Of a stretch of 64,000 nucleotides of DNA, positions 19,624-31,657 are shown one piece after another. Each line of letters starts with the position of its first letter. The first letter of the stretch is position 1. This DNA is from an uncultured Verrucomicrobiae bacterium (lineage in GTDB: Bacteria > Verrucomicrobiota > Verrucomicrobiia > Chthoniobacterales > UBA10450), in assembly GCA_963815455.1 (NCBI GenBank), contig CAWFGO010000001.1, positions 32,001 through 96,000 on the forward strand, written 5' to 3'. The notes below the pieces were generated by a model. It worked only from the letters and a program-made list of their open reading frames with translations. It had not been told where the DNA came from and did no database searches. A program made the position numbers and the translations under genes.

Positions 19624-20352
19624 ATGCCGTTCAACTTCGACCTCCATACTCACACGTTTTTTTCCGGCGACGGAGTTTCGAGCCCGGAGGATCTAATCGC
19701 CGCCGCGCGCGCGAAGGGCCTGCACGGGATTGCGATCACGGACCACAACACGTGCGAGGCCATCACCTATCTGCTCGAAAAAGGCTTGATGCGGCAGGAT
19801 GGACAGCCGGTCGATAATTTTCTCGTGCTTCCAGGCGTTGAAGTCACGACCGCTGACGGTCATCTCCTCTGCATCGGCGCGGAGCTTCCCTACTTGAAAG
19901 GAAAACCGGCGCGCGAGGTCTGCGACATGATCCACGAACGTGGCGGTCTGGCGATTCCGCCGCATCCTTACGATTTGTTTCGCGCCGGAATCCGTTTCGC
20001 CACATTGGAGACGCTGCCAATCGACGCGATCGAAGTCTTCAACGCCGCCACCACCTTGCGAAGATACAACCGCTACGCTTTCAAATACGCGCAGATTCGC
20101 GGCTTGCCAATGATCGCTGGAAGCGACGCGCACCATGCCGCCGCCGTCGGCACCGCTTATACGATTTTGAATACCAGCGATCTGACGGTGAAAGGAATCC
20201 TCGCCCAGATCCTCAAGAGCAACGAGCTCAATCAGCAATATTTGACTCCGCGCGACAGCCTCCGCAAAACCTGGAACAACTGGTTGCGGCTGCGCCGGCG
20301 AAAGAAGATTCCCGAACTCGCCGCTAAAGATCGCGGCCTGAACGACCACTGA
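19624..20352 (+). CDS. PHP-domain metal-dependent phosphoesterase
   Basis: DLHTHT..SGDG, AITDHN, PHP, GSDAH. Confidence 0.9.
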   Translation: MPFNFDLHTHTFFSGDGVSSPEDLIAAARAKGLHGIAITDHNTCEAITYLLEKGLMRQDGQPVDNFLVLPGVEVTTADGHLLCIGAELPYLKGKPAREVCDMIHERGGLAIPPHPYDLFRAGIRFATLETLPIDAIEVFNAATTLRRYNRYAFKYAQIRGLPMIAGSDAHHAAAVGTAYTILNTSDLTVKGILAQILKSNELNQQYLTPRDSLRKTWNNWLRLRRRKKIPELAAKDRGLNDH

Positions 20353-20376
20353 CACGAGACCACTGACCACTGACCT

Positions 20377-20664
20377 ATGCCAGCCTACGTGATTGTCGAA
20401 ATCGAGATTGTCGATCCTGTCGGTTACGAAAAATACAAGCAGCTCGCCGGGGCGACGGTTGAAAAGTACGGAGGCAAATACATAGTGCGCGGCGGAAAGG
20501 CCGAAGTGCTGGAAGGCGACTGGAACCCGAAGCGCATCGTAGTGCTTCAATTTGAATCGATGCAACGCGCCAAAGACTGGCTCAACTGCGAAGAATATCG
20601 CGAGCCGCGCAAGATGCGCCACCGCGCGGCGAAAACGAACATGATCGTCGTCGAAGGCGTTTAA
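20377..20664 (+). CDS. DUF1330 family protein
   Basis: YGGKYIVRGG..LEG, VVLQFES..AKDW. Confidence 0.9.
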   Translation: MPAYVIVEIEIVDPVGYEKYKQLAGATVEKYGGKYIVRGGKAEVLEGDWNPKRIVVLQFESMQRAKDWLNCEEYREPRKMRHRAAKTNMIVVEGV

Positions 20665-20711
20665 GCCGGTCCGTCTCGCGAAAATTGTGGCGCAACCCGG
20701 GCTGGTTGCGC

Positions 20712-21266
20712 ATGATCTCTACCGCCGTGGAACAAGAAATTGTTGCTCTCCTTCGAGCTGCCGGGAAACGCGGTTTGCCCAGTCTGCTGATTGGCGCGAA
20801 TGCGGTCTTAATGCTCGGCTATATCCGCAACACGATTGATCTCGACCTTCTCGTGCCTGAGCGCTCGCGTTCTGAATGGCTCGATCTGCTTCGCGAACTC
20901 GGTTACCGGTTCTTTCACGGCACTGCAAGTTTTGCTCAATTCGAGTCGCATGATAATACCGGGCCGCCCGTTGATCTAATGTTTGTCGAGCAAGAGACGT
21001 GGGAAAAGCTTTTCCAAGGAGCAAAAGAGGTCCGGCTTGGAAGTGAAGCCGTGCTGTTACCACGGCCGGAATATCTTGTCGCACTCAAGCTGCACGCCGC
21101 CGCCAGCCCAACGCGAAGTAAGCCGGCAGTCGATTGGGAGGATATCCGTCAGATCGTTCGGATTTGCCAGCTGAATCCGGACGAAGAATCTTTTCGCGCC
21201 CTTATCTTGCGCTATGGTGGTGAAGATGCGCTCGGGAAAATCCAAAGCTTCGTCCGGAACGAGTAA
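20712..21266 (+). CDS. Nucleotidyltransferase-fold protein (AbiEii/DUF6036-like)
   Basis: IGANAV..GYIRNTIDLDL, VDL, LVALKLHA, DWEDI. Confidence 0.75.
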   Translation: MISTAVEQEIVALLRAAGKRGLPSLLIGANAVLMLGYIRNTIDLDLLVPERSRSEWLDLLRELGYRFFHGTASFAQFESHDNTGPPVDLMFVEQETWEKLFQGAKEVRLGSEAVLLPRPEYLVALKLHAAASPTRSKPAVDWEDIRQIVRICQLNPDEESFRALILRYGGEDALGKIQSFVRNE

Positions 21267-21453
21267 CGGCCTGGACCACAACCTGCGGCTTCCTGTTTTC
21301 GACCAACCTCTGGTCGAGCGCTGGCCGATGAAGATATCGTGGGAAAACGCCGTGCGCAGCTTTGCTTCGTCGCGTGATCACTACATGCAACACTTCGATT
21401 CAGCGGAGCAGCGCGCGCGCGATAAGAACCCGCAGCGTTTCTCACTAGGCTAA
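21214..21453 (+). CDS. Small hypothetical protein overlapping the nucleotidyltransferase gene
   Basis: Co-oriented overlapping ORF that fills the spacer; start uncertain (21214 or 21226). Confidence 0.5.
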   Translation: MVVKMRSGKSKASSGTSNGLDHNLRLPVFDQPLVERWPMKISWENAVRSFASSRDHYMQHFDSAEQRARDKNPQRFSLG

Positions 21454-21597
21454 ATTGCCCTCGACTGATCTTTGACGTCTGGCTTCCGCTTCGCCGGCGA
21501 TTACCAAACAATATGATCGTGGTCGAGGGGCGTGTAGATCGCGACGTTGGCGAAGCCATCGAACACAGCGGATTAATCGGCCCGACTGAGTCTTGCC

Positions 21598-23868
<2,271 letters not shown>

Positions 23869-23895
23869 GTGGCTAGGCGTCACTAGTTAAAATGC

Positions 23896-24076
23896 CGTCA
23901 TTCCGAGCGAAGTCGAGGAATCCCGTTGCGGAACTCAAAGGTAATGCCTCGGGATCCTTCGACTTCGCTCAGGATGACTGTTGGCGGCGAGCGAAGTCGA
24001 GGAATCTCTTGCGTTAGCATATTGTCACATCGCAGGATCCTTCGACCCCGAAAGCGTTCGGGGGCTCAGGATGACA
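23896..24076. repeat. Two tandem TGTCAT-type REP doublets
   Basis: CGTCATTCCGAGCGAAGTCGAGGAATCCC...GGATCCTTCGACTTCGCTCAGGATGAC, then a second partial doublet. Confidence 0.9.
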
Positions 24077-24081
24077 GGTTG

Positions 24082-24831
24082 ATGGAAACGACAATGGACG
24101 CTACACATCTCGTCTTTCTTTTTCTCGCGGTTGGCGTGGTGGCGTTTCTCTATTCATCCGTCGGTCATGCGGGTGCATCCGGTTACATCGCAACCATGAC
24201 GTTGTTCGGAATTGCGCCGGTGGTCATTCGGCCAACGGCGCTGGTGTTGAACATCCTGGTCGCTTCAATCGGCGCGTTCCAATTCTGGCGGGCCGGACAT
24301 TTTTCGTGGAAGCTTTTCTGGCCATTCGCGCTGCTCGCCATCCCGGCCGCGTACTTGGGCGGCTATTTGCAGCCATCTGCGTCGATCCTGAGAATCCTGA
24401 TCGGACTGGTGCTGCTGTTTTCTGCCTGCCGACTGATCTTTCGGCGCGGCGATCCGCCACAAACAATCGTTCCGGCACGGCCGCTAGCGGTCGGCGTGGG
24501 TGCTGGACTCGGGTTCTTATCGGGGTTAACCGGAACCGGCGGCGGGATATTCCTGACCCCGCTCTTGTTGTTTTGCCGATGGGCACATATTCGGCAGGCG
24601 GCAGCCGTTTCGGCCCTCTTCATTTTGGTGAACTCGATTGCGGGCCTGGCCGGCTATTTCACGGCCAAGCAGTCTGTTCCGTCGCTTGGTTTGGTTCTGG
24701 CTGCTTCTGCAATCATTGGCGGCACTCTTGGTTCGCATCTCGGTAGCCGCCGTTTTCCCAGCCGCACGATTTCCATTCTACTGGCGATTGTACTCGTGAT
24801 CGCCGGGACGAAACTGATTCTCACCAGGTAG
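24082..24831 (+). CDS. TauE/SafE-family sulfite exporter
   Basis: YSSVGHAGASGY, GFLSGLTGTGGGIFL; the ORF track's upstream extension is REP-derived. Confidence 0.9.
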   Translation: METTMDATHLVFLFLAVGVVAFLYSSVGHAGASGYIATMTLFGIAPVVIRPTALVLNILVASIGAFQFWRAGHFSWKLFWPFALLAIPAAYLGGYLQPSASILRILIGLVLLFSACRLIFRRGDPPQTIVPARPLAVGVGAGLGFLSGLTGTGGGIFLTPLLLFCRWAHIRQAAAVSALFILVNSIAGLAGYFTAKQSVPSLGLVLAASAIIGGTLGSHLGSRRFPSRTISILLAIVLVIAGTKLILTR

Positions 24832-24888
24832 GGACGCGCCGCTGGGGGGTCCGTCAATAAGTCGGACGTTTCGGAGAAACATCCCTAC
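24828..24888. repeat. GTAG-type REP doublet between convergent genes
   Basis: GTAGGGAC...ATCCCTAC; each end contains the TAG stop of a flanking gene. Confidence 0.7.
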
Positions 24889-25358
24889 TTGGTCAATGAA
24901 AGCCTCGGCGCGGTTTCAGGCGACCAGGGATTCTCTTGATACTCGGACGCAACAATTTGATCGGCGTACGTCCGCAGGAGCTGGCATAGCGCGGTAACAT
25001 CCAGACCATGGTGTTGCGGCCCGAAGCTCGACAAGTTTTTTTCCGCCAGCCGAAACAATCGCACCGCCGGCGGCAATCGCCGGCCGTGTTTGGCGTGTGA
25101 TGGATGTTCGAATCGCTTTTTCAAATGCACAAAAGCACCAGCCGCCTGGATCAATCCCTTGAAGAAATTGTCGTCCGGCGAGTCTTTGATCAGCCAAACC
25201 TGCTCAAGGACATCGTGAGCCTCGTAGTATTGCCGCTCGTTCCAGCATTTGAAGTAGGCGCGATAATACGGATGATCAACGATGTCGATCTTCGCGGCAT
25301 CGACATGTCCTCCCTCCATCTCTCGTACGAGACGTGAAATCCTCTCGCCTTTGTTCAT
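24885..25358 (-). CDS. DUF309 family protein
   Basis: YYEAHDVLEQVW, FFKGLIQAAGAFVH. Confidence 0.88.
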   Translation of the reverse strand: MNKGERISRLVREMEGGHVDAAKIDIVDHPYYRAYFKCWNERQYYEAHDVLEQVWLIKDSPDDNFFKGLIQAAGAFVHLKKRFEHPSHAKHGRRLPPAVRLFRLAEKNLSSFGPQHHGLDVTALCQLLRTYADQIVASEYQENPWSPETAPRLSLTK

Positions 25359-25486
25359 GAAGCGCTTAACTTGATCGCAGCTCCGATGATGGGCAAATTC
25401 GCACGCTTCACTTTTCCGGGGAACCACAAAAGCTCGCCACGGGATGGGTCCGTCCGAATGGCGAGTTTTGGGGGCCGCAGCGAAAA

Positions 25487-26776
25487 ATGACGCTCGCTGG
25501 ACTCACACTTTTGCTCGCCGCGATTGCGGTCCTGATTTTCTGCTCGGCGCTGTTTTCGGGATTGGAAACTGCGTTGTTTTCCCTCAAGCCCCATCAACTC
25601 AGGCGATTGGAAGAGCAGCATCCGAAGCTGAGTAAATTTGTGCAGATGCTCCGCGACCATCCGCGGCGTGTTCTAAATGTGCTTCTTTTGGCGGATGGGC
25701 TGGTCAAGCTGCCGCTGGTCGTGCTCTGCCTGGTCTTGTTATGGGAAGGACCGCTGGCCGGGCGCGTGCCACAATGGCTGGCCGCTATCGCAATTTTCGC
25801 GGTGGTCGTTTTGATTTGCGATCTAATCCCGAAGGTGCTGGCGCTTTCGGCTTCATACCGCATCTCGACGATCGGAGCGTTTACGCTCAACGTATCGCTG
25901 CCGCTGCTCGATCGAGTCGGGCGCACGCTCGAGACTGCGAGTACCGCAGTTGTCGATCTTGTTACACCGGCGGGACTCAAGATCCGTCCGCGCTTAAGCG
26001 ATGAAGAACTGGAGACGCTGGTGGAAATGGGCGAAGAGGAAGGCGCGCTGCAGGAGACCGAAGGCGAGATGATCCAGGAAATCATCAAGCTGGGCGACAA
26101 GACGGCCAAGGATTGCATGACCCCGCGGGTGGACATGTTCGCGCTGCCGGATGATCTAACGAACGAGGAAGCAATCGCGCGGCTAAAACAAAAACGGCAT
26201 CACCGCGTCCCAGTCTATGCGGACACCCCCGACCAGATCGCAGGCATTATCGATGTGAAAATGTTCCTGCTCGACCCGGCGGAACATTATACCGAGAGCA
26301 TGATCGCACCCTCCTTCGTGCCGGAAACGATGCGCGCGATTGCTTTGCTCAAATTATTTCTTACCCACCCACAAGGTATGGCCGTCGTGGTGGACGAATT
26401 CGGCGGGACTGAAGGAATTATCACGATGGCGGACATCGTGGAAGATATTTTGAGCGATGCAGCGCCCTTGGGGGATGCCGATCTTTACATTGAGAGCCTG
26501 GACGACGGGAAATTCCTGGTGAGCGGCAATGCGCGGCTCGACGATTTGAGCGAACGCCTCGGCTTCGAGCTCGAAGCGGAGGGAATCGACACGATCGGCG
26601 GGCTCGTATTCAACCGGCTGGGGCATTTGCCGACAGCGGGCACGGAGCTAGAGATCCCCCGGCTTGCAATAACGGTGCGCCGGGCCGGGCGCAAACGAAT
26701 CGAAGAATTGCTGCTCGAGAAAACAGCCTGCCTGGAAGACGCGGACAGAGGCGGCGACGGCCAAACCGAATCGTAA
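25487..26776 (+). CDS. CNNM/hemolysin-family protein (DUF21+CBS+CorC)
   Basis: SALFSGLETALFSL, MTPRVD, VVDEFGGTEGIIT, DTIGG. Confidence 0.93.
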   Translation: MTLAGLTLLLAAIAVLIFCSALFSGLETALFSLKPHQLRRLEEQHPKLSKFVQMLRDHPRRVLNVLLLADGLVKLPLVVLCLVLLWEGPLAGRVPQWLAAIAIFAVVVLICDLIPKVLALSASYRISTIGAFTLNVSLPLLDRVGRTLETASTAVVDLVTPAGLKIRPRLSDEELETLVEMGEEEGALQETEGEMIQEIIKLGDKTAKDCMTPRVDMFALPDDLTNEEAIARLKQKRHHRVPVYADTPDQIAGIIDVKMFLLDPAEHYTESMIAPSFVPETMRAIALLKLFLTHPQGMAVVVDEFGGTEGIITMADIVEDILSDAAPLGDADLYIESLDDGKFLVSGNARLDDLSERLGFELEAEGIDTIGGLVFNRLGHLPTAGTELEIPRLAITVRRAGRKRIEELLLEKTACLEDADRGGDGQTES

Positions 26777-27723
26777 TGGACATCGCAATCATTTTTTTCT
26801 GCTGGATTGTTTCCTTTCTGTTCGCAGGCATCGAAGCCGGCTTGTTGTCGATCAACCCGGTTCGACTACGGCATCACGTAAAGCAAAACTTGAGCGGTGC
26901 GGTCAGGCTCGATCGACTGTTGCAAAAGCCCGAGCGCTTGTTCGTCACCGTCCTGCTCATTACCAACATGGCGGACATTCTTGGATTGCTCCTGCTCACG
27001 CGCCGTTTGGTTGCGGCATTTGGCGCGATGGGGTTTGTCGCGGCTCTTGTTATCGCCTTTCCGATTTACCTTTTCTTGCTGGCTGTTTTACCCACATCGC
27101 TTTTTCGACGGTTTCCGTTTCGGGCATTGGTGCCCCTGGCCGGCTTGCTGGAGCTGATTTCGCTTGTTCTGTGGCCCGCCCTGGAACTAGGGACGCGCCT
27201 GGGCCGTCTGGCGTTGCCTGGCCGAACAAGGGAGCGTGGCCGGCTTTTTGCCGCGCGGGAGGAACTCAAGCAAATCACGACCGAGAGCGAGCGCGAGGGA
27301 TCGCTCACTGCGACTGAGCGAGCCATGATTCATAATGTGGTCGATCTTCGAAGCGTCAAAGTTCGCGATATGATGGTGCCGTTAAGCAAAGTTATTTCGG
27401 TGCGGCCGGATACGCCGGTGGAGGAGGCGCTCAAGCTTAGCCGCGCATCGAGCGTGGATCGGCTCCCCGTGATTACGAGGGACGGGAAAGCGCTCGGATT
27501 GGTCAATGCGCTGGACATCCTTTTGGAACCGGACCGGCAGCGACCTTTGAGCCAACAGATGCGGCGGATTGTGATGACCAGCGAAGAGGAACCCGCCTAC
27601 CGGGCCATGCAGCGCCTGCGCGCCGCCCGGCTGGGTTTGGCGGGTGTTTTGGATCGAAATCACAACCTGAGCGGGATAGTGACAATCGAGGAACTGATTC
27701 GCAGGCTGGTCCAAAGCGCCTAG
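26776..27723 (+). CDS. CNNM-family protein (DUF21+CBS)
   Basis: SFLFAGIEAG, VRDMMVP, GIVTIEELI; TAATG coupling to the previous gene. Confidence 0.88.
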   Translation: MDIAIIFFCWIVSFLFAGIEAGLLSINPVRLRHHVKQNLSGAVRLDRLLQKPERLFVTVLLITNMADILGLLLLTRRLVAAFGAMGFVAALVIAFPIYLFLLAVLPTSLFRRFPFRALVPLAGLLELISLVLWPALELGTRLGRLALPGRTRERGRLFAAREELKQITTESEREGSLTATERAMIHNVVDLRSVKVRDMMVPLSKVISVRPDTPVEEALKLSRASSVDRLPVITRDGKALGLVNALDILLEPDRQRPLSQQMRRIVMTSEEEPAYRAMQRLRAARLGLAGVLDRNHNLSGIVTIEELIRRLVQSA

Positions 27724-27752
27724 GGACGCGCCCGACAAGCGACATTCCAACC

Positions 27753-27793
27753 AAAAGCAAAGCAGCCCCATCCGGGTTAGCGGATGGGGCTGC
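27753..27793 (-). terminator. Intrinsic terminator of the PEP-CTERM gene
   Basis: 13-bp stem GCAGCCCCATCCG/CGGATGGGGCTGC followed by TTTGCTTTT on the minus strand. Confidence 0.8.
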
Positions 27794-27825
27794 CTGGTGA
27801 AAAAAACAGCTACGAGGAAAGCAGA

Positions 27826-28497
27826 CTAGTGGCTGGCCTTGCGGCGGCGATAAACAACCACGCCCGAGCCGACAGCGGCTATGCCGAGCAGCGCGAGGGT
27901 GCTTGGCTCCGGCACGATCGTAATCACGAAGGTACCGGCGGGGATAATGTTGTTATCGTTAAAGCCGGTATCGGTGACTTCCGAGATACGCGGGCTGGTG
28001 GTGGTCGAGCGCAGGGTGAAGCTCTGGCCCATCAAACTGGTGGCCCCGCCGTCGATGGCGAAGGTCAGCATGTTGATCATATACGTCCCCGGCGGGATCT
28101 CGCTGCCCGGCGTGGAGTCGTTGGTTGCTCCAAGGTCACGCGTTTCGTTCATATAACCAGGGATTGCGCCACTGGTTGAGTTGAACAAGGCGGGATTTGG
28201 CACAGTTTGGTTCGGATCGGGGAACTGTGACGAGTAGGTCACGCCCGTAATACTGAGGAAGGGCGCCAGGGCTGTCGGCACTTCCAGCCAATAGGAAAGA
28301 CCAAATGAGCTGTAACCGGCGTAGGTCAGAAAGACGTTGAGGTTAACTGATGTTCCCGGATTCCAGACCGCCGGGCCAGTAAAGGCCAGTGATTGGGTGT
28401 GTCCTTTAGGCGATCCGATCGGGTTCGGATTTTGACTCTGCCCAAAGGCAGCGGTCGTCAGGGCGCAGATCACTGCGAGTGTAAGTAACTTTTTCAT
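27826..28497 (-). CDS. PEP-CTERM sorting-domain protein with possible cohesin-like body
   Basis: Signal peptide; VPEPSTLALLG + TM + RRRK. Confidence 0.93.
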   Translation of the reverse strand: MKKLLTLAVICALTTAAFGQSQNPNPIGSPKGHTQSLAFTGPAVWNPGTSVNLNVFLTYAGYSSFGLSYWLEVPTALAPFLSITGVTYSSQFPDPNQTVPNPALFNSTSGAIPGYMNETRDLGATNDSTPGSEIPPGTYMINMLTFAIDGGATSLMGQSFTLRSTTTSPRISEVTDTGFNDNNIIPAGTFVITIVPEPSTLALLGIAAVGSGVVVYRRRKASH

Positions 28498-28620
28498 AGG
28501 TGGTTTTTTTCCTCGTTTGTTTTCTTCTTTTCTACTTGTTTCGGCTGGCTGGATTCTGAAGGAACACTGGTTAAAATTTTTCAGCCCTCAAGCCCTGCTA
28601 AATCTCATAATTTGCGGTTG

Positions 28621-28650
28621 TTTATAGGCGAATCGGCCAAAGAAAAGCAA
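28621..28650 (-). promoter_or_regulatory. Putative sigma70-like promoter TTGCTT-N18-TATAAA
   Basis: Same architecture repeated at 31559-31588. Confidence 0.55.
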
Positions 28651-28795
28651 GTACAAATTTAAGAATTTTTGGCCAGGCTCGGGAGCCACCATATTAGGGC
28701 TCTGCCGGCCCCGAAGCGGTCCAAACGTGGTTTCGGTAAGCTTGGTAAAAGCATCATTTCTGAAGTTTCCGACAAATCCGCCTTGTCGAGATCTC

Positions 28796-31454
28796 CTAGG
28801 GAACACTGCTCCCCAAATTGGATTTGATTTGCGCAACATCGCTGGCGTTGATCGTGCCGTTGGCGTTCACGTCCGAGCGGAAATTTGTCCCATCGGCACT
28901 TGCCCCGAGCCGGGATTTTGTTTGCGAGACGTCGCTAGCGTTGACCGCCTTGTTGCCGTTGGTATCGCCAATGAGGACGTTCATGCTCACGTCGGTGGCG
29001 GCCAGGGTCTGGCAGAACGTATCGGTGGCGCCGCTCAGTGTAACCGTGACCTTTTGAGCATTGGTGACGCCGGTCAGGTTGACTGTCATCGTATTGCCGC
29101 TGAGCGCGGGTGATCCCGAAATGGTGGCCGTGCCAGCCGTGACGGCAGCATTGCCGCTGGTAAGGCTATTATTGAATGTAAAGACGAGCGTGTGATTCCC
29201 GCCCGAACTGCGGCACTCGACGCCGGGCTCGCCCGTAAGCGGCAGATTGACGTCAAACGTTCCCGCTCCTCCGTGGGTTTTGCGAGAGACAGCACTTGTC
29301 AATTGCAGCGGGCCCGGGGTCAGGCCGCCCGTGACAGTGAGAACTCCCGCCCCAGTTATAGATTGACCATCGGGATTTGTGACCATTACGCCCCACGAGC
29401 CGTTCGCGGCTCCGGTCGTGTTCAAGTCTAGAGTGACGGACGTTGGACTGTTGTAGGTCACGGAATTGACGGTTACACCGGAGCAAGGAACGGCGGCGCC
29501 GATGTGATTGAAGGGCACAGCGGGCGGCGCCAGGTTCGTCCCTGGATCATAGAAACCTGAACCAGAGGAAGAAGTGCCCGTAATCGTCACGCTCACAGAG
29601 GCCTGGCCCGCCGCCACACTACTGGGAACAGCAGACGAAGGCGTCGCCGGCGGAGGGGCGAGTAATTTAGCGGCCTTGCAGCCGTAAGTATTTGTGGCGT
29701 TGCAGTATTCCTGGATGGTCCAAATCGACATGTCGTCCAGCGGGTCCAGATCGGTAAAGGAATAATCTCCCCATCGGCGGCCACCCGCTCCGCCTGTGTC
29801 TCCGGGCGGGTTATACGCCGGCGGCGTCGGGTTTAAGTAATTGGGCGTATAAATATTGACCGCGCCTAGAGAGCCAAGAGTATCGCCGACGAGCCGGCCG
29901 TTCGTAGCGCAATCTATTGGAAAGGTGGTTCCAGCAGTGCTGTAGCCTAACGCAGCGTGGCCTTGTCCGGAGACCGTAGCCGTAGGAATCCAATATTGAC
30001 GCGCGGTGGCAACGGTCGCCGCGGTGTCGAAAACGGTGCCGGATTGTACCACCACCGGCGTGCCGCCATTATCGGAGCTGCGAACGCCATTGAGCTCGTA
30101 CCATCGGACCGCGTTACGTCGATTGGTGTTGGTGCCGCTGGCCACCCCGGTCGCAAGAACCGCAATCCCGTGCGCGGTCCAGAGGCGCCCATTCCGGATG
30201 TGTGCCGCGAACAGGTTATCGTCCAGTCCGTCGAGGTTGCCGTTGGTGCCACCCGTGTTGCCCAAGATGGGCCACGGTCCGGGCAAACGCCGTCGAACTC
30301 ACCGTCAGCAAAATATTGGCCGAGATAGTCGGCGTGCCGCCCGGCGTACTCACTCGGCGAAAAACCAACCGGCCAAAAGCACTATTACTAACCCCGATGA
30401 AATAGCCCTCGTTTGCGGTCGGGTCGTAGTTGTCCACTCCGCGCGGCGCAAATGGCCCGTCTCCGGCTCCCACCGCAAGGCCGCGGAAGGCCGTAACGAC
30501 GATGGGCCCGCCAGTGAGAACCGAGCTCTTTCGAACAACGAACCCGGTGGTTTGAGTGAAAGATCCGGTGGACGCGATAAACATGTCGCATCCGATGTAG
30601 AGGGCGTTGTTATCAACGCCGAGCGACGGGTAATCGGCGAACTCGCCCGTATCCCCACCGCCGATGGTGTTCTGTTGGAAAAAATAAAATGTCCACGTGG
30701 TGCCCATCGTGATCGTGCTCGAATCTGAGACGGCGATCATGATCCGATTCGGAAACTGGGTCACCTGATCGGAAGCCAACGGCACGTCGGCCATCATGAT
30801 AAACCAGCGCCCGGAAAGACGATCATAACGGATTTGCGGGTCGGTGGTGAAATTAATGGCAATTCCTCCTCCCAAAGGCGTCAAAACCGAGGCGAAGAAT
30901 ATGTCCGTGTTTGCGTCGAGCACTCCGTCTGCGGTGCCAGCTTTTGCAAAACTTCGGAGCCGGCCATTAACGCACAGAATGAACTGAGTGGGCCCTACCG
31001 CCCCCATCGTATCGGGCGGGAACGATCCGGTTTCAGTCGGGCCAGTTATAGTGTCGAAGCTCAGGCCCACTGGCTGCGGAGCCTGGGCAATTGGGGGAGC
31101 GGCTTTCTTCGATAATCCGGCTTCATCAACCTGTGGAAACCGGGAAATTGGCTGCGCCTTGGGATCCTGAGGCCGGTTTTCTCGCCATGGAATTTTCAGT
31201 TCCGGTTTATCGAAAATCTGCTTTCTCCCCTGGGTTGCACGGGGCAATGCCATGATTTGACCGGTTGTCATTTGCACGCCGCGTTCGCCAATCTGCGGCC
31301 GGCCGACGGTGCCGCCGGGAAGTTCCTTTCCTTCAGTCGATTTCCCCGGCTGTCCGGAAACGGCCACGGTTCCGAGCGCAAGCCCGACAAAAAGCAATCC
31401 CAGCAACGGAGCGCTTAGTATATGTTTGCCAGATAATGAAAATGTCTTCTTCAT
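28796..31454 (-). CDS. Large secreted protein with C-terminal Ig-like module and type I dockerin; frameshift near 30260-30285
   Basis: Signal peptide; PPDTMGAVGP, DYPSLG, RWGDYS; duplicated GDTNGNKAVNASD / SDVNANGTINASD; two ORFs join as ..TVAHL|GNTGG.. Confidence 0.85.
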
Positions 31455-31558
31455 GGGCGGATCGTAGTTAAATACTGAGTGTAGATCTTTGGCTGCTGGG
31501 ATCAGGGCGGTTAATCCGTGTAGCTTCCCCGTTACCGAAGACCCATAATCGTGGTCTT

Positions 31559-31588
31559 CTTATAGGAGAATTTGCCGAGCAAAAGCAA
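31559..31588 (-). promoter_or_regulatory. Putative sigma70-like promoter TTGCTT-N18-TATAAG
   Basis: Matches 28621-28650; about 105 nt upstream of the dockerin-protein start. Confidence 0.55.
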
Positions 31589-31657
31589 GCCAATTTTTCC
31601 GGCCTTAAGCGGTAGAAATCCACGAGGCCGGGGACCGAGCGCCGCAATGATTGTTCG

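Noticed and set aside
19693..20622. Long antisense ORFs (also 12104-12919, 22903-23658, 60769-61503)
   Set aside because: They are shadows of well-supported genes on the opposite strand, common in GC-rich DNA, with no motifs.
21454..21597. Possible ncRNA or gene remnant in the spacer
   Set aside because: No recognisable structure, repeat or protein motif.
23926..24081. N-terminal extensions of TauE (also GT4 to 14951, mogA to 1414, serS to 45209)
   Set aside because: These are open frames running through repeats upstream of the conserved domain starts.
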